A DNA stretch of 64,000 nucleotides from Macrostomum lignano (Eukaryota), in contig NIVC01001184.1 of assembly GCA_002269645.1 (NCBI GenBank), forward strand, positions 248,001-312,000. Reading direction: 5' to 3'. The notes beneath the pieces are model-generated. The model did not search any database and was not told the origin of the DNA. It was given only the letters and a program-made list of their open reading frames with translations. The number at the start of each line of letters is the position of its first letter. Positions within the stretch are counted from its first letter, which is position 1. Both the position numbers and the translations under genes were made by a program. Positions 39,317-48,564 of the stretch are shown one piece after another.

Positions 39317-39889
39317 CGAGGGTCATCCCAAAAGTTCTCTGTGTCACTGAATTGCTCCTACGAACTGGCACCAATTTTGAAGAAACTGCACACAAACTTG
39401 CACCAATATCTGCACACAACATTGATGAATTTTCATAAAAAAATCTCCATGCAATTAGAAATAACAAGCTGAGTTGTCCAACACCTTCAGAGCAAATGGA
39501 CAGCTCTCACATTGACTTCTTTAACTGGCACAGTGCAGCTCGTGCAGCATCACCGACCAGTCATGCGAGTCAGCCAGTCATTCAAGAATAAATGATGGAA
39601 TTCTTGTCAAGTTCATTCACTTTTCTGCTTGTGACACTTGCCTATTCAGTCGGTGATGCTGCACGAGCTGCACTGTGCCAGTTAAAGAAGTCAATGTGAG
39701 AGCTGTCCATTTGCTCTGAAGGTGTTGGACAACTCAGCTTGTTATTTCTAATTGCATGGAGATTTTTTTATGAAAATTCATCAATGTTGTGTGCAGATAT
39801 TGGTGCAAGTTTGTGTGCAGTTTCTTCAAAATTGGTGCCAGTTCGTAGGAGTGGTTCAGTGATACAGAGAACTTTTGGGATGACCCTCG
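39317..39889. mobile_element. Mariner-derived MITE, 573 bp, 241-bp TIRs
   Basis: TA|CGAGGGTCATCCCAAAAG ... CTTTTGGGATGACCCTCG|TA; arms 39317-39557 and 39649-39889. Confidence 0.9.
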
Positions 39890-40501
39890 TATGGTGGGAA
39901 TAATTAATACTATTTATTAACTTAAAATATGAAAGGAAATGTCCCAAATTTTGAGGATTTTCGACCACAGAGACATTTCGTGGACCGAGCAGTCCATCAC
40001 GTTTCGTTATCTATGCCAGGCTAATTTTGCTCAGTCTGGTTTGGATTTAATTAATTGCTGTATGGACTGCTTGGGGTTGGTTGCCTTTTAACTGAAAAAT
40101 TTATGGTTGTATATGAGTGTGTTCTTAGACGAATAAGACGAAGACGAATAATAAAACAATGCCATGCATTTCAGCGTATTGGCTCTTGTATTTCTTTTGT
40201 TTTTGTTTACGTATTTTAGTTCTTACTAGGTATTTTACTTGTAGTAAAAAATCTTTTGTGTATAGTACTGACTCAGTAGCTAGTGTGGTTCGCTTAATAT
40301 AAAAACTCCCTTAGAATAACAAAATAGCTTCTACCTAGGAATTCCGTGTGACAGTGACAGTAGCTCAAAAAGATATTCTTAGAGATATTTTTGAATCCTG
40401 AATTTCGCACAGCAATTCTGATGCTTAGAAAAACCAGTAGCTCAAAAAGACACTCACGCTACATATCGGCTGGTTTCCCATGATTTTTGTCCCTATTCCA
40501 G

Positions 40502-41374
40502 TGTCTGTCAGTGCCCGATCCCCTCCTGCCCCTGCCGGCATGGATGGCTGGCCTGTTTGCCCTGCTAATCGCTGTTGGCTTTGTGCTCAGCCTGTACCTG
40601 TGGGAGCTCGGCTCGGCCAATGCTCGAGCTGGGGTTGATCGCGACAATCCTAAAGTGATTATTCGCAGGTTTCTCGGCGTCTCAGCGGTTAGTTTAAGCG
40701 TGCTGATCTGCTATAGGTACTTTCTGATGAAGCCGACAGCTGCCAGCTGGTCAGATGTGCTTCAGCTGATCGGTCTGAGATGGTCCGGAATGCTGCCAGC
40801 TGTTGGAGCATCCTTGTTGCTAACCGCTATCCTGTTCACTGGCCCGATTCTGCTAGCCTGGGAGACTGGCGACGGATTCTTTGATAGGGAACCGCTGCTG
40901 AGTTTGAGATGCTGCCGCACTTTAGTGTTGGCTCCGGTCACTGAAGAGCTGTGCTTTCGCGCCCTGATGCTGCCGGTGCTGTGCGTTCATCTCTCTTGCA
41001 CTCGGGCGGCCTTCCTGTCGCCGCTGTTCTTCGGCTTGGCGCATTTTCATCATTTGATTAACCGGCTACAGCGCGGCTATCCGCTTGTGCCCAGCCTGAT
41101 TCAGGCAACGTTTCAATTCTCCTACACTTACATATTCGGCGTGTATTCGGCCTACTTGTATTTGAGAACTGGCCAGTTAGCTGCCGCCTGCGCCGCGCAT
41201 TCCTTCTGCAATCTGATGGGTTTCCCAGATTTTGAGGCGCTGGCCAATCTGCGAGGAATTAAACTGGCGGTGCACGGCGGCGCCTTTGTTTTGGGATTGG
41301 TTGGTTGGCTGGCCCTGCTGGGGCGGCTGACCGAACCAGCGATGTTTGCTTCGCAGTGCGACTGCTTCTGGTAG
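40502..41374 (+). CDS. RCE1: CAAX prenyl protease 2 (Rce1), intronless
   Basis: RDNPKVIIRRF, APVTEELCFR, FFGLAHFHH, FSYTYIFG and HSFCNLMGFP motifs; acceptor TTCCAG at 40501 phase 0; start uncertain (internal Met ~15 codons in). Confidence 0.93.
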   Translation, partial: CLSVPDPLLPLPAWMAGLFALLIAVGFVLSLYLWELGSANARAGVDRDNPKVIIRRFLGVSAVSLSVLICYRYFLMKPTAASWSDVLQLIGLRWSGMLPAVGASLLLTAILFTGPILLAWETGDGFFDREPLLSLRCCRTLVLAPVTEELCFRALMLPVLCVHLSCTRAAFLSPLFFGLAHFHHLINRLQRGYPLVPSLIQATFQFSYTYIFGVYSAYLYLRTGQLAAACAAHSFCNLMGFPDFEALANLRGIKLAVHGGAFVLGLVGWLALLGRLTEPAMFASQCDCFW

Positions 41375-41459
41375 CGAGTTGTTTGATCCATCTATTAACT
41401 GTTGTTGCGAGTTTAATTGCTTTTTATATACATCTAACCCTTCGAAAATCCCTGCAATA

Positions 41460-42070
41460 AACCCCTCACACAGATCCCTACATCAAACCCTTCACAAATC
41501 CCTACATTAAGCCCTTCACACAGATCCCTACATCAAACCCTTCACAAATCCCTACATTAAGCCCTTCACACATATCCCTGCACCAAACCCTTCACAGAGA
41601 TACCTACATTAAACCATTCACAGATCCCTACATTAAACCCCTCACACAGATTCCTACATCTAACCCTTCACACAGATCCCTACATCTAACCCTTCACATG
41701 AATCCTACGTCTAACCCTTCACATAGTTCCCTACATCTAACCACACTGATCCCTACACCTAACCTTCACACAGTTTCCTACATCTAACCTTCACACAGTT
41801 TCCTACACCTAACCTTCACACAGTTTCCTACATCTAACCTTCACACAGTTTCCTACATCTAACCCTTCATATGGATCATACGTCTAATCCTTCACACAGA
41901 TCCCTATATCTATATAACCCTTCACACAGTTCCCTTCATCTAACCCTTCACTTGGATCTTACATCTAACCCTCCACACAGATCCCTGCATATAACCCTTC
42001 ACACATCCCTAAATCTAATTCTTTACACAGATTCCTACATTAAACCCTTCACACATTCCTACATTATTCT
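41460..42070. repeat. Degenerate 25-27-bp C/A-rich minisatellite (CAGATCCCTACATCTAACCCTTCACA)
   Basis: Direct pattern. Confidence 0.85.
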
Positions 42071-42679
42071 TACCCTTCACAAGAGGTCCCTGCACAAAAC
42101 CAGTCAGCCAGTTTAAGCCTAAAATCCCCAACTTCAATAAAATATTTGTGAATCTTCATTTTTGCGTCCTAAAAATGGTGTGGCTTTACTTGTTAGTACT
42201 TTTCAAATATCAGTTTGTTAGTTGTTTCTGCAAGAACATTTGCACTCTTCTATCAGCTAAGGTTTATGTTTACTCTTGTAAGTTTTGTTACATTGTTTGT
42301 ACATGTACGTTAAGCATTGAGAGTTTTCTACTCAACGAATCAGTCAATCAATCGATATTTATTCAAATTTGCTGAAAAAGTTAAACTGAATTTAATCTGT
42401 TGGCAGTCACTTTTCCTGATTTTTAATTCATACTTTTGTAAGTTTTTATTTTCAATTTCTCATTTATGCGACTTTGGTTATTATTCCTAACAGTGTGGCA
42501 AAGAGATTACTTTTTTCAATAAATGTATTACGGACGGCATTACTGGCTACTTTCCTACTTGACAAGCTGGTTTAACTTACTTAATTATATTTAGTTTTAC
42601 CAGACTTATTCTTATTTTCCTGATTGCGCCAGGCGCTTAAACCATTGTTGTAGGAATGTAAAGGTAGTTATTTGTTTAT

Positions 42680-43548
42680 TAGATTTTAAGGCCGTTGCAG
42701 TAATCAGGGATTGTAGCGGGGTTGCAGTGTTGCAGTAATCAGGGATTGTGTCGGGGTTGCAGTGTTGCAGTAATCAGAGATTGTGGCGGGGTTGCAGTGT
42801 TGCAGTAATCAGGGATTGTGTCGGGGTTGCAGTGTTGCAGTAATCAGGGATTGTAGCGGGGTTGCAGTGTTGAAGTAATCAGGGATTGTGTCGGGGTTGC
42901 AGTGTTGCAGTAATCAGGGATTGTGTCAGGGTTGCAGTGTTGCAGTAATCAGGGATTGTGTCGGGGTTGGAGTGTTGCAATAATCAGGGATTGTGTCGGG
43001 GTTGCAGTGTTGCAGTAATCAAGGATTGTGTCGGGGTTGCAGTGTTGCAGTAATCAGGGATTGTGTCGGGGTTGCAGTGTTGCAGTAATCAGGGATTGTG
43101 TTGGGGTTGCAGTGTTGCAGTAATCAGGGATTGTAGCGGGGTTGCAGTGTTGCAGTAATCAGGGATTGTGTCGGGGTTGCAGTGTTGCAGTAATCAGGGA
43201 TTGTGTCGGGGTTGCAGTGTTGCAGTAATCAGGGATTGTGTTGGGGTTGCAGTGTTGCAGTAATCAGGGATTGTAGCGGGGTTGCAGTGTTGCAGTAATC
43301 AGGGATTGTAGCGGGGTTGCAGTGTTGCAGTATTCAGGGATAGTGTCGGGGTTGCAGTGTTGCAGTAATCAGGGATAGTGTCGGGGTTGCAGTGTTGCAG
43401 TAATCAGGGATTGTGTCGGGGTTGCAGTGTTGCAGTAATCAGGGATTGTGTCGGGGTTGCAGTGTTGCAGTAATCAGGGATTGTAGCGGGGTTGCAGTGT
43501 TGCAGTAATCAGGGATTGTGTCGGGGTTGCAGTGTTGCAGTAATCAGG
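42680..43548. repeat. 35-bp minisatellite (GTTGCAGTAATCAGGGATTGTGTCGGGGTTGCAGT), ~25 copies
   Basis: Direct pattern. Confidence 0.96.
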
Positions 43549-43727
43549 GCAATTAATACACGTGCCGTTAATGGTATTTAGCTCATTGCATTATAATATA
43601 TGAACTGAGTGTTTTAAAAAGAAGAAAATTCGTTGGAATTCATGTACCATTGCGTAAGAATAAAGGCAGAAAATACAAAAACAGGTTTTGGCTGTCCTGA
43701 GCAGCTAGTTCAAGCCGAGGTGACACA

Positions 43728-44756
43728 ATGTCCCATAATGACGAAGGTGCAGAGACCGCCAAAGCGGCCAGTTGGGTCGAGTTTTTCGCCGACCAACCGC
43801 AGAACAAGATGCGAGTGTTCGACTGGTCAGTGTCCGGCTTTGAGACTTGCATAGTAGTCCACGGTCCCAGCTTCCGTCTGGCGCTGGACATTGGCGCCTG
43901 TCCGCCGCAGGCAATCAGCGCCGATCACGTGTTCATTAGTCACGGTCACGTGGACCATTGCGGAGCACTGCACCAGCACATGCGCCGGCGTCAACTGGTA
44001 GGCCTACCACCAGCTACGTACTACGTGCCGGAGCATCTGGTCCAGCCGCTGATTGACATTGCTCGGCTATTCAGCGTCGTACATGGCGACGAAGACGAGG
44101 ACAACGAAGGAGGTTCTGCGAAACTGTCGACGAAAGATAAAAAATCCAAGAAAGAGGATGCCACTGTCGCAGACGGTGCCTCAGCCGAAGCTGGGAGTGA
44201 CGAAATAAGAATCTACGGCAAAATTGTAGCCGCTAGTCCGGGTGACGATTTGCAACTGTCAAAGAATCTTCGCATCCGTCCGTTCGCCACAGATCATCGA
44301 GTACCCAGCATTGGCTGTCTGGTGTACTGCAAGCGCAGCCAGTTGCTACCCAAATATGCCGGCCTGCCGGGTGCGGAACTTGCCGAACTGGCTCGCAACG
44401 GGGAACAGTTACGAGAGGCTCGGTGGGAACCCGCTATCGGCTACACAGGGGATACCAGATTCACTGTTCTAGCGTGTCCTCCCGAGCCCGACCTGCTCAA
44501 GGTTAGACTGTTAGTCTGCGAGCTAACCTACGTTGAAGGGCCGACAGATACAGCTGAGAAATACGGTCATTGTCATTTGCACGATTTCTCGTCGCGTGCA
44601 AATCTGTTTGACAATGTTGGCCAGCTGTTGTTTGTGCACTTCAGTAGGCGGCACTCGCCTAACCAAGTGATTAACGCTGTGCTGACTTCGCTGCCAGAGG
44701 AGCTACGGTCTAAAGTCTACTGCGGACTCAATGCTCTGCGGTTCTATCGTTCCTGA
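43728..44756 (+). CDS. tRNase Z short form, TM/plant type, copy B, 342 aa, intronless
   Basis: Own ATG; WSVSGFETC, LDIGACP, SHGHVDH, TDHRVPS, short arm KRSQLLPKYAGLPGAELAEL, YTGDT, CELT, YGHCH and VHFS. Confidence 0.9.
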   Translation: MSHNDEGAETAKAASWVEFFADQPQNKMRVFDWSVSGFETCIVVHGPSFRLALDIGACPPQAISADHVFISHGHVDHCGALHQHMRRRQLVGLPPATYYVPEHLVQPLIDIARLFSVVHGDEDEDNEGGSAKLSTKDKKSKKEDATVADGASAEAGSDEIRIYGKIVAASPGDDLQLSKNLRIRPFATDHRVPSIGCLVYCKRSQLLPKYAGLPGAELAELARNGEQLREARWEPAIGYTGDTRFTVLACPPEPDLLKVRLLVCELTYVEGPTDTAEKYGHCHLHDFSSRANLFDNVGQLLFVHFSRRHSPNQVINAVLTSLPEELRSKVYCGLNALRFYRS

Positions 44757-44987
44757 TGATACTGACTTATTTTACTATTCTATCTTACACTAAATAAAGT
44801 TTATACTGATGCTTTGCCATTGTTTTCTCAGACAGTTTTTTTAATAAAAAGTTTTAAACATCGTGTCTTTAATTAATTTAACTTTCTATTTTACAAAATA
44901 AACTGTAAAAATTTCAGCTAGAATTTCACTGCCGTAACTACAAAACTGAGCTGATTTCGATTCGGAGCTGCACTCCAAACATTAATT

Positions 44988-45047
44988 ATGACTGCTGAGG
45001 TTAAACATGCTGCGGGGCTGGACAGCCGGCAGCCTGCTATGAAAGAG
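44988..45047 (+). CDS. CCS: Copper chaperone for SOD1, exon 1
   Basis: ATG 44988, donor GAG|GTGGGT 45048, phase 0. Confidence 0.75.
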
Positions 45048-45069
45048 GTGGGTTTGGCACTTTCTGTAG

Positions 45070-45713
45070 GAGTGGCCTGTTGTGTGCCTTGTCTGTCTGC
45101 CCTGTCCTATTCTGTCTGTGTGTTCTGTCTGCCCTGTCCTGTTCTGTCTGCGTGTTCTGCCTGTCCTATTCTGTCTGTCTGTTCTGTCTGCCCTGTCCTG
45201 TTCTGTCTGTGTGTTCTGCCTGTCCTGTTCTGTCTGTGTGTTCTGTCTGTCCTGTCCTGTTCTGTCTGTCTGTTCTGTCTGCCCTGTCCTGTTCTGTCTG
45301 TGTGTTCTGTCTGCCCTGTCCTGTTCTGTCTGCGTGTTCTGCCTGTCCTATTCTGTCTGTCTGTTCTGTCTGCCCTGTCCTGTTCTGTCTGTGTGTTCTG
45401 CCTGTCCTGTTCTGTCTGTGTGTTCTGTCTGTCCTGTCCTGTTCTGTCTGTCTGTTCTGTCTGCCCTGTCCTGTTCTGTCTGTCTGTTCTGTCTGTCCTG
45501 TCCTGTTCTGTCTGTGTGTTCTGCCTGTCCTGTTCTGTCTGTGTGTTCTGTCTGCCCTGTCCTGTTCTGTCTGTGTGTTCTGTCTGCCCTGTCCTGTTCT
45601 GTCTGTGTGTTCTGTCTGCCCTGTCCTGTTCTGTCTGTGTTCTGTCTGTCCTGTCCTGTTCTGTCTGTCTCTTCTGTCTGTGTGTTCTGCCTGTCCTGTT
45701 CTGTCTGTCCTGT

Positions 45714-45746
<33 letters not shown>

Positions 45747-45808
45747 GTCTGTTCTGTCTGCCCGGTTCTGTTCTGTTTGTCTGTCTGTCTGTCTCTCTGT
45801 CTGTCTGG

Positions 45809-45862
<54 letters not shown>

Positions 45863-45865
45863 GGT

Positions 45866-45962
<97 letters not shown>

Positions 45963-45993
45963 GGTTGTTTGTCTGTCTGTCTGTCTGTCTGTG

Positions 45994-46026
<33 letters not shown>

Positions 46027-46042
46027 GGTTGTCTGTCTGTCC
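45070..46042. repeat. ~33-bp TCTG-derived minisatellite merging into (TCTG)n, CCS intron 1
   Basis: Direct pattern. Confidence 0.93.
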
Positions 46043-46091
46043 TGCAGACCTGTATGATCCACCTTACTACTCCATTTGCATTCCATCCCAG

Positions 46092-46559
46092 CTGCAATTC
46101 GCTGTCAACATGACCTGTCAATCATGCGCCGACTCGGTCAGTCGAGTTCTATCCAGTCACCAGCCGGCAAGCGACTTCGCGGACATCCGAATTCAACTGA
46201 CTGAACAGCGGGTCATCCTGCGCACTTCGCTGCACGTTGACTCGGTGCTGGAGCTGCTGGAGACCACCGGCTGTCGGGCTTTGCTGCAAGGCGTTGGCAC
46301 AGCCAGCCAGGGCATGCGGGGTCAGGACTTCGCATCTGGCGTCGTACAATTGGAATCAGTTTATACTACTAATACTAGTAGTGTCCAGGGAGTAGTTCGA
46401 ATTTTGCAGCCAGATGATCAGCAGTGCCTGTTCGATGGCACAGTGGACGGTCTGGAGCCCGGCAGTTGGTACAGCCTCGAGGTCCGTCAGGGCGGTGATC
46501 TGTCTGGGGGGTCTGACACATGCGGCCCGGTGTATAATGACGGCTCTGATGATGCACAG
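46092..46559 (+). CDS. CCS: CCS exon 2 (HMA domain plus first half of the SOD-like domain)
   Basis: LQFAVNMTCQSC, VQGVVRILQ, DGTVDGLEPG and GDLS; CAG acceptor 46091, donor CAG|GTGCGT 46560. Confidence 0.93.
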
Positions 46560-46612
46560 GTGCGTTCTGTGTTATATATCCCTGTTTTTGTCTGTCTGCA
46601 TCTTGGGGTGTA

Positions 46613-47092
46613 CGCTCTCTCACCTTACAGCATTCGCTCTCTCACCTTACAGCATCCGCTCTCTCACCTTACAGCATTCGCTCTCTCACCTTACAGCATC
46701 CGCTCTCTCATAAGTTAAGGCATCCGCTCTCATCTTACAGCATCCGCTCTGTCTCCTTACAGCATCCGCTCTGTCACCTTACAGCATCCGCTCCCTCATC
46801 AGTTACAGCATCCTCTCTCTTAGCTTACAGCATCCGCTCCCTCATCAGTTACAGCATCCTCTCTCTTAGATTACAGCATCCGCTCCCTCATCAGTTACAG
46901 CATCCTCTCTTTTAGCTTACAGCATCCGCTCTCTCACCTTACAGCATCCGCTCTCTCACCTTACAGCATCCGCTCCCTCATCAGTTACAGCATCCGCTCC
47001 CTCATCAGTTACAGCATCCGCTCCCTCATCAGTTACAGCATCCGCTCCCTCATCAGTTACAGCATCTGCTTCCTCATCGGTTAGAGCATCCG
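46613..47092. repeat. 22-bp minisatellite (CTCTCTCACCTTACAGCATCCG), CCS intron 2
   Basis: Direct pattern. Confidence 0.92.
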
Positions 47093-47259
47093 CCCCTTAC
47101 TGTACTAGTATCTTTCAGCATCTGTCTCGTTTTGCGAACTCAAAAATATCTGATAGAGTTATTTCTTTAGACAGGTTTAGCTGTAAATGTTTTCAGACTG
47201 CCAAAAAGACATACAATATACCAGTACATAGAAACATACAAAAAATCAACTAACAACAG

Positions 47260-48506
47260 CGTCTCCATGGCAACTCAAATGCCTACGGCCTGACCAGCGT
47301 ACTGGCGGACGAGTTGACCTGCCCGCGGCCTCATCTAGTCCCAGTCGCCTCAGGTTTCCTATCCAACGATTTGCGACCGCTAAGCGGCTTGCAAAAGTTT
47401 CTGGCCGCTAATTTTCCCGCCCCAGACTTGCGGCATCTGAAGCGGGCCGCCCGGCCGCCTCCGCGCCTGACTGCAGTCGCCGATTTCGCGTTCTCCTTTG
47501 CCACGCCGCCGACTTACCTAATTTGGAATGTTCTGAAGAATTTTCAACGATTTGGAGACCTAAATTAGATAGCGTAGAAATTGTTATGGCGCCGGGTAGT
47601 GCGCCGCGTACCAGGCAACAATGGGAGCTCACTTCCGGTTATTGGCCCTGCTCGTTTCATGCTGACAAGTCTATCGAATCGGAGCTGTCGTTGGATTGCT
47701 TTACTAAAGCTGAAGGTGTCGCTTGTCTGAGGCATATGCTGCGCTCGCTGGCTCTCGGTCGAACTTCCGGTTCCACGTCTGCCGATACTTCCGGTCTGAA
47801 ACCCGCTTCCGGTTTCACGTCTGCCGATACTTCCGGTTTGAAACCCGCATCCACTTCCGGTTCCACGTCTGCTGATACTTTCGGCCTGAAACCCGCTTCC
47901 ATTTCCGGAGCCGCGTCTACCGATACTTCCGGTCTGAAACCCGGTTCCACGTCTGCTGATACTTCCGGTCTGAAACCCGGTTCCACGTCTGCTGATACTT
48001 CCGGTCTGAAACCCGGTTCCACGTCTGCTGATACTTCCGGTCTGAAACCCGGTTCCACGTCTGCTGATACTTCCTGTCTGAAACCCGCTTCCACTTCCGG
48101 TCCTGCATCCGCTTCATCTTCTTCTGCATTCGCCGCTCTGCGCCTCCCAGTCCCCCAATCGGCCTGCCTAATCGTGGACCCTCGCAACGACACGGTGCTG
48201 GTGGAATGCCAAGACGAGCGCCACCTCTGCCCGACCTGGCACGCCACCCTCCGGGCCGTCCAACAGCTGGGCGGCCGAGGCGACTACCTGTGCACCGGCC
48301 TGGACGCTTACGTCACCGACGAGCCGTGCCACATGTGCGCTATGGCGCTGCTGCACTCCCGGGTGGCTCGGGTTTTCTACTGCCGACCGAGGCCGCGCGG
48401 CGCCCTCGGCAGCATCGCCAAACTGCACTGCCATCCGCGATTGAATCATCGGTTCCGCGTGTACCGACTTTTCCCTCTGAGTGCGGCTCGAACTGGGGAG
48501 AGTTGA
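47260..48506 (+). CDS. ADAT3: tRNA adenosine-34 deaminase subunit ADAT3/Tad3, nested in CCS intron 2; 1-nt frameshift at ~47446
   Basis: [52 protein letters not shown] and LNHRFRVY; N-terminal homology lies in a different frame. Confidence 0.88.
47760..48100. repeat. 36-bp minisatellite inside the ADAT3 frame ([12 protein letters not shown] units)
   Basis: Unit GATACTTCCGGTCTGAAACCCGGTTCCACGTCTGCT; no stops. Confidence 0.9.
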
Positions 48507-48564
48507 CGGTTGGATTGCGATTCTTGCTTGCTCTTTAACCTGGCCCTTTGTCAGCCACCGTTGT

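Noticed and set aside
37347-44756. Bacterial contamination as the source of the intronless tRNase Z genes
   Set aside because: Interleaved with eukaryote-specific TIMM9, RCE1 and spliced CCS, plus host MITEs; no Shine-Dalgarno or operon spacing. Ancient HGT remains open
44988-46718. 576-aa ORF read through as one CDS, and other Cys/Ser/Val-rich ORFs (9322, 12616, 12659, 45080)
   Set aside because: Translations of (TCTG)n; splice signals give a 275-aa CCS of normal length
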